Of a stretch of DNA of 64,000 nucleotides, positions 19,517-27,228 are shown one piece after another. The notes under the pieces are model-generated. The model was not told the DNA's origin. It worked only from the letters and a program-made list of their open reading frames with translations, and searched no databases. The first letter of the stretch is position 1; every line of letters starts with the position of its first letter. The translations under genes and the position numbers were made by a program. Source of the DNA: a virus; the IMG/VR virus record IMGVR_UViG_3300012078_000004, positions 1,788-65,787 of that record, one strand, 5' to 3'.

Positions 19517-19782
19517 TCTGCCGCCCCTTTGATCGGACCAGTAAGCACAAACCCAGCCAACGGCACATAGCTCGGGTTTAACTTCTTTCGCAACCATTGA
19601 TACGGCAACAGCAGCCATTCAACAGCATCCATGCTCCATTCCGGAACCCAGTTACGTACAGCAACGTCCGGGGCGGCCGGATTACGCATGTTGATGTAAA
19701 CCGGCACCACGCCGCAAAATAGGGCTTGATGGGTGTACATCTCAGTAATTTGCTCGTTGCTGAGCCGCTTAAAAATAGCCAT
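19513..19782 (-). CDS. Hypothetical protein
   Basis: Coupled to downstream gene by ATGA overlap. Confidence 0.6.
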   Translation of the reverse strand: MAIFKRLSNEQITEMYTHQALFCGVVPVYINMRNPAAPDVAVRNWVPEWSMDAVEWLLLPYQWLRKKLNPSYVPLAGFVLTGPIKGAAE

Positions 19783-19788
19783 CTACTC

Positions 19789-20004
19789 TCACTCTTTTTG
19801 AGCAATGCAACCCTGCTCCAGCGCCGCCATGTAACCGGTCAGCTGTGACATGTCTGCATTTGAAATAACGAAATATCCATCCACCTGAGCTGAATCACTC
19901 AGGACCGGCCTTATCGCTGCGCATGGCTCTGGCATCGGTATCGCCGGTGACTTCCCGCACGCGACCAAAGCGGCGCAGGTAATCAGCAGGATTATTCCGC
20001 GCAT
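19789..20004 (-). CDS. Lipoprotein, putative o-spanin
   Basis: Lipobox LVAC, Pro-rich linker, last gene of lysis block. Confidence 0.65.
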   Translation of the reverse strand: MRGIILLITCAALVACGKSPAIPMPEPCAAIRPVLSDSAQVDGYFVISNADMSQLTGYMAALEQGCIAQKE

Positions 20005-20101
20005 AATCAATCCTGCGCTGGCGTTCATCGGCCTCATGCGCCCTTACGCCCCGGATTATCAATTCCAGGGCTATCGCGACTATTCTCAATACGGCTTCCA
20101 C
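19895..20101 (-). CDS. Putative i-spanin-like protein
   Basis: GTG start with SD GAGGGG; hydrophobic N-terminus; overlaps lipoprotein gene. Confidence 0.45.
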   Translation of the reverse strand: MEAVLRIVAIALELIIRGVRAHEADERQRRIDYARNNPADYLRRFGRVREVTGDTDARAMRSDKAGPE

Positions 20102-20483
20102 GAATTTTCCCCTCTGCTTTGGCCGTTTCCACGATCTCACGGAATTTGTCATCGCTGGGACCACGGTCCCAATCGTCACGATCTCCGGCGGGAGCCGGTG
20201 GCACGTTCCGCGCGTGCTTGTAGTTCGCTGCCACCAAATCCAGCAGCTTCATCAAAATCGTCGGGATTCGGTCAGTAATGCGAGGCGGTAACACCGCCCG
20301 CAGCTGCGCCAGCGCATACAGCACGCCCGTAATAACCCCCAACCACGCCGCAAACCCCGGCGGAAGTGCGCTGATAACATCAGCCAGATCGGTGCTCACT
20401 TCGGCGCGGGCTGGGTCCATAACGACGACCAGCAGACCGAATACGCTGACCAGCGTCAGCCATCCTTTGAACATCGCCTTCAT
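20034..20483 (-). CDS. Membrane protein of lysis block
   Basis: Signal-like N-terminus (ARA|E) plus second TM. Confidence 0.6.
   Translation of the reverse strand: MKAMFKGWLTLVSVFGLLVVVMDPARAEVSTDLADVISALPPGFAAWLGVITGVLYALAQLRAVLPPRITDRIPTILMKLLDLVAANYKHARNVPPAPAGDRDDWDRGPSDDKFREIVETAKAEGKIRGSRIENSRDSPGIDNPGRKGA
20156..20171. promoter_or_regulatory. sopC-type palindrome 4 (intragenic)
   Basis: TGGGACCACGGTCCCA, identical to recalled F sopC core. Confidence 0.85.
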
Positions 20484-20484
20484 A

Positions 20485-21003
20485 TCAACCCCCTGCGCCG
20501 AGGCGGCGCTCTTCGGCGAACAGCGCGTCCACATCGCTGCGTTGGCATTTTTCGAGGTAATCTGCTGGCGTGCCTTTGCCAGCAACCGTGTTGTAATACT
20601 GCTTCCAATAGCTGGCGCGGCCTTCTCGCGTAGCCGGGATAACTGTTGGCACTGCCATATAGCGCAGGCGGCAGAACACCATCGCCATCAACGGTGATGT
20701 CCTCAATTCCTGATACACGGTTCGAGATAAGTCGATGCCGAATTCCTTCAGCAAGCGGCTGGCCAACGCCGTGCCCTTGTATTTATCGCGTAACCATTCA
20801 AAGGTGCCTTGATCGACTTGCGTGAGGCCCGTTCCGGCGCTGGTTGGCGTAGGGTCTTTGTAATCCCCCAAAAGCGTCTCAGCTGCTGCTGTCTCAACAA
20901 GCAGCGCTACAGTGCTCTCAGGGTTTTTCCCACCGCCAAGCACGTCACAGGCCGCACGGGCATAGCTAATCGCGTCAATCTTGTTGACGAGTCCGTAATT
21001 CAT
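20485..21003 (-). CDS. Putative endolysin, lysozyme/transglycosylase-like
   Basis: ETAAAET...GLTQVD...YWKQYYNT; directly after holin. Confidence 0.65.
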   Translation of the reverse strand: MNYGLVNKIDAISYARAACDVLGGGKNPESTVALLVETAAAETLLGDYKDPTPTSAGTGLTQVDQGTFEWLRDKYKGTALASRLLKEFGIDLSRTVYQELRTSPLMAMVFCRLRYMAVPTVIPATREGRASYWKQYYNTVAGKGTPADYLEKCQRSDVDALFAEERRLGAGG

Positions 21004-21308
21004 TTCTTTCTCCCGCCGAAGATCCGGCTTAGATTTCGTTTTGCAAAGCCGGTGATGACTTCGGCGGCGTGTGGCCATGCCACTGCCGACAGCCCGGATA
21101 GGACGATCACCTGCGTTATTGAGAACTGGCCCATCAGGCCAAAGGTCCAGAGCGTGATCGCTACGATGACGCCGCGAAGAACATCACCAGTCACGCGCCG
21201 CAAGTTGAGCGGGTCGCTGGAAAGTAGGGCGCTCGAGATAACACCTGCAACGAGCATCAGCAAAACCAGCCAGAGGTCTGGATTTCCGTATTCAATTACC
21301 GTCGTCAT
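21000..21308 (-). CDS. Putative holin
   Basis: 102 aa, three hydrophobic segments, basic C-terminus GGRKK. Confidence 0.7.
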   Translation of the reverse strand: MTTVIEYGNPDLWLVLLMLVAGVISSALLSSDPLNLRRVTGDVLRGVIVAITLWTFGLMGQFSITQVIVLSGLSAVAWPHAAEVITGFAKRNLSRIFGGRKK

Positions 21309-21339
21309 AGCTCCGCCTGCAGCCTCAGCCCGGCGGGCC

Positions 21340-21365
21340 AAAAAAAAGCCCCGGAGACCGGGGCT
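21340..21365 (-). terminator. Terminator after MTase
   Basis: AGCCCCGG-TCT-CCGGGGCT plus T tract. Confidence 0.85.
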
Positions 21366-21371
21366 ACATGA

Positions 21372-22433
21372 TTAAAGACGCCTTATTTCATCGGCAGTTT
21401 GCAAGAACCGCTCTTCCTCTAATTCGACGCCGAGCGACCGCCGACCCAGCATTTCCGCCGCTTTTAGCGTGGCACCCGACCCCATAAAGAAGTCCGCGAC
21501 AAGATCGCCGGGGCGCGTGCTGGCGTTGATGATGTCGAGCATCATAGCCAACGGCTTTTCGCACGGATGTTTCCCTGGGTAGAACTGAACCGGCGGGTAC
21601 GTCCAAACGTTCGTGTGCGGTACCGCCTTAGTCACGTTGAACGGTCGCCGAAGGCTCTCATACTCACCCCGCAGATCGTCGTACTGCCGTAGCAAGCCAC
21701 CGTACTCCTCTGAAAGCCCAGCATATTCACGAGCTAATGAGGCGTGGTCGCTGGCCAGCCCGGTGCTACCCAATTCATCGGCACGACGATTAAACAGCTT
21801 TTGAAGAGCCGCGTACTGGGTTTCGCTCGGCAACTGCCATTGGCTCGCGCTAAACCAATGGCTACACATTTTTGTGCCTGTGACCTCATTGATTTCTTTC
21901 GCTGAAATGCCCAGCCGCTGGCGCGCTGACCTGAAATATTCAATCAGCGGCGCGAATACCTGCTGTTTCAGTTCTTGGCACTTTGATGCATAGCCCGTCG
22001 ATCCTTTCGCAAAGCCGTCCGCACCATAGTGCTCAGCAAAGAGAACGTGCTCGGTCGCGGGGAAATACTGGCGGAATGATTCTTTGTTTGCCCCATTCCA
22101 TCGCCCGCTTGGTTTCGCCCACACGATGTGGTTCAGCACGTTGAAGCGGGCGCGCATCAGTATTTCTGTATCAGCTGAAAGTTTCGGCCCACAAAACAGA
22201 TACAGCGAGCCGCTTGGCTTCAGCACCCGCCAAAATTCAGCGAAGAACTCGTCCAGCCACGCCAAAAATTCAATAGTGGACGACCACTGATTGTCCCAGC
22301 CGTTTGTCTTAACGCGGTAATAGGGCGGATCAGTAATGATGGCGTCAATGCAGTTGTCTGGCAGGGTTTTGATATATTGCAGGGAATCCGCGTGTACTAA
22401 TTTCGCACTGTTTATTTCTACAGTGTTTTTCAT
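21372..22433 (-). CDS. DNA adenine/N4 methyltransferase (N6_N4_Mtase family) with internal HTH-like insert
   Basis: DPPY motif IV, HPCEKP, DFFMGSGAT motif I. Confidence 0.92.
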   Translation of the reverse strand: MKNTVEINSAKLVHADSLQYIKTLPDNCIDAIITDPPYYRVKTNGWDNQWSSTIEFLAWLDEFFAEFWRVLKPSGSLYLFCGPKLSADTEILMRARFNVLNHIVWAKPSGRWNGANKESFRQYFPATEHVLFAEHYGADGFAKGSTGYASKCQELKQQVFAPLIEYFRSARQRLGISAKEINEVTGTKMCSHWFSASQWQLPSETQYAALQKLFNRRADELGSTGLASDHASLAREYAGLSEEYGGLLRQYDDLRGEYESLRRPFNVTKAVPHTNVWTYPPVQFYPGKHPCEKPLAMMLDIINASTRPGDLVADFFMGSGATLKAAEMLGRRSLGVELEEERFLQTADEIRRL

Positions 22434-22572
22434 GGTGTTTCGAGCCGTATTTTGGTAGGCTTCCACCGCTGTTGCGCAATCAGCAATGGGCCTCGGTTCG
22501 CCATGTTTAGCGGCATGGGTCGAATGCTGTGGCCACGTCCAACCGTGGCCGCAGCGCCCATTCTACAGGCAC

Positions 22573-22596
22573 AAAAAAACCGCCTTGTGGGCGGTT
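22573..22596 (-). terminator. tR'-like terminator
   Basis: AACCGCC-CACAA-GGCGGTT plus T tract, about 30-55 nt after late promoter. Confidence 0.8.
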
Positions 22597-22633
22597 GCGA
22601 TATGTCGGCTTACAAAATTGCCAACTTAATGAA

Positions 22634-22662
22634 ACAGTACCTTTTTATTCATTTTTTATCAA
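22634..22662 (-). promoter_or_regulatory. Q-dependent late promoter (pR'-like)
   Basis: TTGATA-17-TACTGT followed by -10-like TAAGTT pause element and short terminated leader. Confidence 0.65.
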
Positions 22663-22942
22663 GCGTTAAATTGGGACCATGGTCCCAATCCATCTGCAGC
22701 CCTAAATTCGTCCCCCGTTTATAGGCCCTATATTCAGGTGTCAGTGCATAGCGGCCCCAGCCATTCTTCGTTGCTATATTGAACTCGACAAACTGCTGCA
22801 GAATAAACTCAACCTCTGGATCTCCCATTCCCAGACTGTCAGCAATATCGACAACCTTCTCCCCATCGGCAGACGGGGCTATAGCCATCAAAATACAGAG
22901 TGCCTGTTCGGTCATACCGGCGCTTAGCTGTTTAAAATTCAT
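22649..22942 (-). CDS. Small winged-HTH-like protein
   Basis: VVDIADSLGMGDPEVEFILQQF...GWGRYALT; SD CAGGAG. Confidence 0.6.
   Translation of the reverse strand: MNFKQLSAGMTEQALCILMAIAPSADGEKVVDIADSLGMGDPEVEFILQQFVEFNIATKNGWGRYALTPEYRAYKRGTNLGLQMDWDHGPNLTLDKK
22672..22687. promoter_or_regulatory. sopC-type palindrome 5, 9 bp upstream of late -35
   Basis: TGGGACCATGGTCCCA. Confidence 0.85.
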
Positions 22943-22985
22943 TGCAACTCCTGCTGTTTCGCGGGTGGCGTCCCGCTGTCAAAAT

Positions 22986-23003
22986 AGCCGCCCGTAGGCG
23001 GCT
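22986..23003 (-). terminator. Hairpin/terminator between two small genes
   Basis: AGCCGCC-TACG-GGCGGCT-ATTTT. Confidence 0.6.
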
Positions 23004-23008
23004 TATAA

Positions 23009-23230
23009 TCAATCTTTGAAAGTATGGTCTAATTCGTTGATTCTGGAATATAACTTGGCAAACTGCTCTTGCACGTCGCTCAATATTTGCCCTGCCAACC
23101 GCTCGACCAGTTGTTCGCTGTTCCAGTGATATTTTTGGCTCAGGGCGCGCAATTTGAGGTGCATTTCACACATCTCGTTTGAAAACTCAGCTACGTCCTT
23201 CCTGACCTCTTCAAAACCTGCGTAGTTCAT
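23009..23230 (-). CDS. Hypothetical helical protein
   Basis: SD CAGGAG; 73 aa. Confidence 0.65.
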   Translation of the reverse strand: MNYAGFEEVRKDVAEFSNEMCEMHLKLRALSQKYHWNSEQLVERLAGQILSDVQEQFAKLYSRINELDHTFKD

Positions 23231-23358
23231 AATAACTCCTGTCTTTTTATTAAGTTAAATGCGGGTGGCGTCCCGCTACGACAAGAACTTTAACTCTGGT
23301 GCCGGCCCAATGCTAGCTTTATATCGCAACTTTTAAGTTATTTTTAATAACATTTGTG

Positions 23359-23386
23359 TTGTGTTTTTTATCTGATTTGTTATCAT
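23359..23386 (+). promoter_or_regulatory. hicAB promoter
   Basis: TTGTGT-16-TATCAT with TGn extended -10; TTAAC-N6-GTTAA palindrome just downstream. Confidence 0.5.
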
Positions 23387-23410
23387 TAACTCGATGGTTA
23401 AGGAGGCCCT

Positions 23411-23593
23411 GTGAAGTACAGCGAGTTCAGACGGTGGCTACTTAAGCAGGGTGCGGAATTTACAAAAGCACCCGGCGGCGGAAGCCACCAGAAAGTGGCA
23501 TTAAACGGGAAGAGGTCAGTTTTTCCAGACCACGGATCGAAAGAAATGCCGGAAGGGTTAAGAAAGAAAATAATGAAGGATCTGGGGCTGTAA
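23411..23593 (+). CDS. hicA: HicA mRNA interferase toxin
   Basis: MKYSEFRRWL...GGSHQKV...VFPDHGSKE; SD AAGGAGG, GTG start. Confidence 0.92.
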   Translation: MKYSEFRRWLLKQGAEFTKAPGGGSHQKVALNGKRSVFPDHGSKEMPEGLRKKIMKDLGL

Positions 23594-23665
23594 GCCCCTG
23601 CCTTTTTAAACGAGGTTACACGCCGCCAAAGACGAAGTACCAAAACGACTATCAAGGAATTTCAT

Positions 23666-24100
23666 ATGTTTAACTATGCGGTAAAATTAGAGCACGACGA
23701 CGCGACAGGCGCTTATATCGTCTCATGCCGTGACCTGCCATTAATGAACTCGGTAGGGTACTCGGTTGATGAGGCACTGATGGAGGCCGTTGACGGTATC
23801 GTCACCGCGCTATCAATCGAAATTGAAGAACGCCGCCCTGTGCCAGCGGCATCACCAAAACAGCCTGGGGAACACGTTGTTGCACTGCCCGTTCTTGTTA
23901 CGATGAAAGCGGCATTGCATAACGCGATGATCGAGACGGGAACGCGCAAGGCTGAGTTGGCGCGCAAGCTGGGGCAGAAGGGGCCTCAGATCGATCGTTT
24001 GCTGGATGTGGAACATTCGTCAAAAGTTGAGACCGTCGAGCTGGCACTACATCAGCTACAACGGCGCGTCGATCTGAATGTCATGCATGACGCACGCTAA
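23666..24100 (+). CDS. hicB: HicB antitoxin with C-terminal HTH
   Basis: YIVSCRDLP...GYSVDEAL; RKAELARKLG...IDRLLD. Confidence 0.92.
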   Translation: MFNYAVKLEHDDATGAYIVSCRDLPLMNSVGYSVDEALMEAVDGIVTALSIEIEERRPVPAASPKQPGEHVVALPVLVTMKAALHNAMIETGTRKAELARKLGQKGPQIDRLLDVEHSSKVETVELALHQLQRRVDLNVMHDAR

Positions 24101-24117
24101 AATGCAGAGCAGAAGGG

Positions 24118-24133
24118 TGGGACCATGGTCCCA
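24118..24133. promoter_or_regulatory. sopC-type palindrome 6
   Basis: GGTGGGACCATGGTCCCACC. Confidence 0.85.
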
Positions 24134-24141
24134 CCTAATTT

Positions 24142-24378
24142 TTAAGCCATGTGCTGTAGAAAATATTTGCTGTTTTTTTGATATATTTGTACGTCCATTT
24201 TTTGACGCAGCAGTAGACACTCGCTAGTGATTTCACCGGCAGACGCTACCAGTTGAATGGTGTCCTGCAAGAAAATGCTGCTTTCATTGCTTTCTAGCGT
24301 CCGCTTTACCGTCCTCAGAATTGCATCCAGTTGAGCCAATTTGCTAGCCATGGCCTCCGATTCACATTGTTGCTTCAC
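24142..24378 (-). CDS. LexA-boxed 78-aa protein, candidate antirepressor
   Basis: SD AAGGAGGT, GTG start; downstream of SOS box; function inferred. Confidence 0.55.
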   Translation of the reverse strand: MKQQCESEAMASKLAQLDAILRTVKRTLESNESSIFLQDTIQLVASAGEITSECLLLRQKMDVQIYQKNSKYFLQHMA

Positions 24379-24479
24379 ATTACCTCCTTACTTTTTAGAG
24401 CTTTACTGACCCGGCGTATTCACAAAAAATATCAACTGATGTTACAAATCAAATGAGAATAGTTTACAAGATTATTATA

Positions 24480-24499
24480 TACTGTATTTTTATACAGTG
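24480..24499. promoter_or_regulatory. LexA (SOS) box overlapping -10 of a minus-strand promoter
   Basis: TACTGTATTTTTATACAGTG (CTG-N10-CAG); promoter TTGGAT(24524-19)-17-TACACT(24501-496). Confidence 0.88.
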
Positions 24500-24545
24500 T
24501 AATTAAGTGGGCTAACTTATCCAAGCGATTTGTTACGATTTAAAT

Positions 24546-25178
24546 TTAAACGCTCGTAAGTTGATCATATCTCATTGTTAATAGTGGATATTTACTGCTC
24601 TCTGCTGTTAAAACTCGCTCACCAATCGATAAGATTTCATCACGCGGCAACGGTAGGCCAGCAGCCATGAACGGATGCTCGCCGGGGATAAATTCAGCGA
24701 CGGCATGATTCTCCGTCTGGTCATCGTCCAGCGCGCCGGTACCGGCATTGACGAACGAAACCCTGCCGACAATGAACCAGATCCGGCTGGCCAACCGCCA
24801 CGGGAACCACTGCTCCCCTGGGCGCGCGCGGAACAACCACATCGAGTACACACCCGACTCGGCCTCGCGGTGGGCTTTCCTGAAGAAATTATCCATGCCG
24901 TTATGCGCGACCGCCGCGCGCGAGTCCTCCTTCGAGAACGGCGGGTTAAAATACAGCGCGCTTTCTACCCCTCGGCGCTCTGCTTCAGCTTTCCAGTCCA
25001 GCTGCAGGCAGTTCATCTCTCGCGTGAAGTAGTCCGGCAGCAAGTGATTCTCATCACTCGCGCATCCGTCAATTGAGCAGGGACGAAGAAGGGAAAACAG
25101 CCCCGCTGCAATTCGAGGATCGGTCCGCCAAATGTCGCGAAGTTCAGCTGGCGTTAAGCTGCGATGATCGAGAATCAT
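24546..25178 (-). CDS. Phage N6-adenine methyltransferase (phage Dam family)
   Basis: DIWRTD, IDGCASDEN, YFNPPFS. Confidence 0.85.
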   Translation of the reverse strand: MILDHRSLTPAELRDIWRTDPRIAAGLFSLLRPCSIDGCASDENHLLPDYFTREMNCLQLDWKAEAERRGVESALYFNPPFSKEDSRAAVAHNGMDNFFRKAHREAESGVYSMWLFRARPGEQWFPWRLASRIWFIVGRVSFVNAGTGALDDDQTENHAVAEFIPGEHPFMAAGLPLPRDEILSIGERVLTAESSKYPLLTMRYDQLTSV

Positions 25179-25414
25179 TGCCCCTCCACTGGACGGTATG
25201 CATGGCGATGGCCAGCAGCTGCTTGGCGATGTTCTACCATGCCATTGGCCGCAGCCGCGTCGAGGTAGCGGCGGATGGCTTGCGTGCTCAAGCCGACATC
25301 AAAACGCAAGCTATCCGCAACAACGAACCCATCACCGCCGGCGGCGGTGCAGCTCTGGCTTTTTCTGGCCAGAACGGCCAGCAGGTTAGTGCGCTGGTGG
25401 TTTACTGGTTGCAT
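25175..25414 (-). CDS. Small winged-HTH protein (FaeA/PapI-like, tentative)
   Basis: VGLSTQAIRRYLDAAAANGMVE. Confidence 0.5.
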   Translation of the reverse strand: MQPVNHQRTNLLAVLARKSQSCTAAGGDGFVVADSLRFDVGLSTQAIRRYLDAAAANGMVEHRQAAAGHRHAYRPVEGQ

Positions 25415-25764
25415 GATTCCTCCGTTGCGAAATATTTGTCCAAATGGTCAGCTTCGCTCGCTGATTTCGATGATTCGAACAGGTCAAGGTGGCGGGCGTC
25501 CCTGTTTACCCAGGCATTTCTGGCTTCGTCAATCAGCTCACCAACGTCAGCTTCGGAATACACCACTTTCTCAACCTCTTCCCCTTGCGCGCCACACTCA
25601 TGGCAGAACACATACGCACCGATGAACAAGCCATCGCTTTCATCGTCGGATAACCGTTCGTCAGGTAAACCAAACGGCGTCCCACTGATTACTTCACGCA
25701 GAAACGTTACTGGTGGCCCAGAACAAAACGGGCATGGGGTAAGATCTGTCTCCCTCGTTTTCAT
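25402..25764 (-). CDS. Lar-family restriction alleviation protein
   Basis: LTPCPFCSG...CHECGAQG...ARNAWVNR. Confidence 0.75.
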   Translation of the reverse strand: MKTRETDLTPCPFCSGPPVTFLREVISGTPFGLPDERLSDDESDGLFIGAYVFCHECGAQGEEVEKVVYSEADVGELIDEARNAWVNRDARHLDLFESSKSASEADHLDKYFATEESCNQ

Positions 25765-26171
25765 GGACTTTCCTTCTTCTTGGCGTTTCTCAGCTTGGTG
25801 ATGCGGGACTTGACCGCGCGCGATTCAGCATCACTCTCTGCTGCCGTCAGCGCGAATTTCAGCGCTTGCAGTGGTGTCGTAAACAGGTCGCTCGGCAACC
25901 CACGTTCGACTGAAAACTGGCGACGGCAACAGGCCGGGATGTTAGGCAGCCACGCACCTTTCTTATCCTGCGTCAACAAAGTGCCACGCTGTGCCACGTT
26001 GACGTATAGGCTCTTGTCTGGGTACGCCTTCGGCACGCCGTAGCGCGTTTGACTATTGCGCTTACGGCGCACGGTGCGTACCTCCCACTCGTCGATAGTG
26101 ATTTCCACTCGGCCATTGTCATCGGTGTACGGCCAGCAGCTGTAAAACACCTTCCCCGGTTTGAATTTCAC
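25761..26171 (-). CDS. Hypothetical protein
   Basis: Coupled ORF in early operon. Confidence 0.6.
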   Translation of the reverse strand: MKFKPGKVFYSCWPYTDDNGRVEITIDEWEVRTVRRKRNSQTRYGVPKAYPDKSLYVNVAQRGTLLTQDKKGAWLPNIPACCRRQFSVERGLPSDLFTTPLQALKFALTAAESDAESRAVKSRITKLRNAKKKESP

Positions 26172-26755
26172 TGGCCATTCCCCTCACTCGTAAAGCCAGC
26201 GGCGATCAGCTCCACTTCCTCTATCGCATCGGCGAATCCAAACCAATTGCTCCACTCAGGCCGCTTCCCTGTTATGGCCTCGTACATGTCATCCAGAGCC
26301 GCGTGGGCACTATCACGTTCATCAATCAGTTGCGTCTCGCTTCTATCCAGTTCGGTAATGCGTTTTTTGTCCTTATCGTTCATGATGATCAGGTGCTTGG
26401 CTGCATCCTGCGCTTTCTGGAATTTATCGGCGTAATCGGTGGCGATGGCTTCCAGCTCGGCGATGCGCTTTTTGTCAGCATCACGTTCAGCAAGCAGTTC
26501 GAGAACGACAGCAGGGTTGGCGGCAGTGATGTACCGCGCGTTTGCCTGCTGCTCGGAGCTGAATGGCTCGTCAAAGCCAGATTCTGAACCACCACCCTCT
26601 ATTTGGGCGATACTGACAATACGGCCGTCGTATCGCTCTTCTGTAGAAACGTTGGCGTTGTCGCCTTCACTCCATGAGTCATCGTCTAAAATCCACGGCC
26701 CCGGAGTAGCGGCCATTGCGGCCGCTTTCAGTTCGCTCAGCTTATTCACAGTCAT
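26168..26755 (-). CDS. Ead/Ea22-like protein
   Basis: LKAAAMAATPGPW, ANARYITAANPAVVLELL, coiled coil. Confidence 0.85.
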   Translation of the reverse strand: MTVNKLSELKAAAMAATPGPWILDDDSWSEGDNANVSTEERYDGRIVSIAQIEGGGSESGFDEPFSSEQQANARYITAANPAVVLELLAERDADKKRIAELEAIATDYADKFQKAQDAAKHLIIMNDKDKKRITELDRSETQLIDERDSAHAALDDMYEAITGKRPEWSNWFGFADAIEEVELIAAGFTSEGNGQ

Positions 26756-26894
26756 CACCCTCGCAATTAATACAAGCGCAATCGTCGCCCATGTCGCAGC
26801 AACTGCATTTTTCCGCTCCGCAATGTGGGCATTTCTCCTTATGTTCTGGGGTTTCAAACCCGCAGCTTTCACATTCTATCTGCTTGTTATCCAC
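26742..26894 (-). CDS. 50-aa Cys-rich protein (11 Cys)
   Basis: GTG start with SD GGAGGA; CESC, CPHC, CSCC, CAC. Confidence 0.65.
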   Translation of the reverse strand: MDNKQIECESCGFETPEHKEKCPHCGAEKCSCCDMGDDCACINCEGDDCE

Positions 26895-27228
26895 GACTTT
26901 CCTCCAGTAAATCCTGCATACGTCGATATAGCTTTGGAGCCCGACCTGTGCTGGACTCCAAACAAAACAGAGCACATAGCTCATCCCAGTTATCGAGTAA
27001 CGGCTTGAATGCAGGGCAAAGCTGGCCAATACGAGAAAACGACGCACGGATAGATGGAGCTTTCTCCAGTAGGCGATAGCATCGCCCGAAGTCGCTGGGA
27101 TCTAACGGTGGGTTAAAGCGGCCTTTTTCCGCGCCAAGATGAATAGCCGCCATTGTTTCAGAGCTGATCCCGGTATCGCGGGAAACAAACCATTCAGCGA
27201 TTACCTTTAATTCTTCTTGCTTATCCAT
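26887..27228 (-). CDS. Hypothetical protein
   Basis: MDKQEE...PLDPSDFGRCYRLL. Confidence 0.65.
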   Translation of the reverse strand: MDKQEELKVIAEWFVSRDTGISSETMAAIHLGAEKGRFNPPLDPSDFGRCYRLLEKAPSIRASFSRIGQLCPAFKPLLDNWDELCALFCLESSTGRAPKLYRRMQDLLEESRG

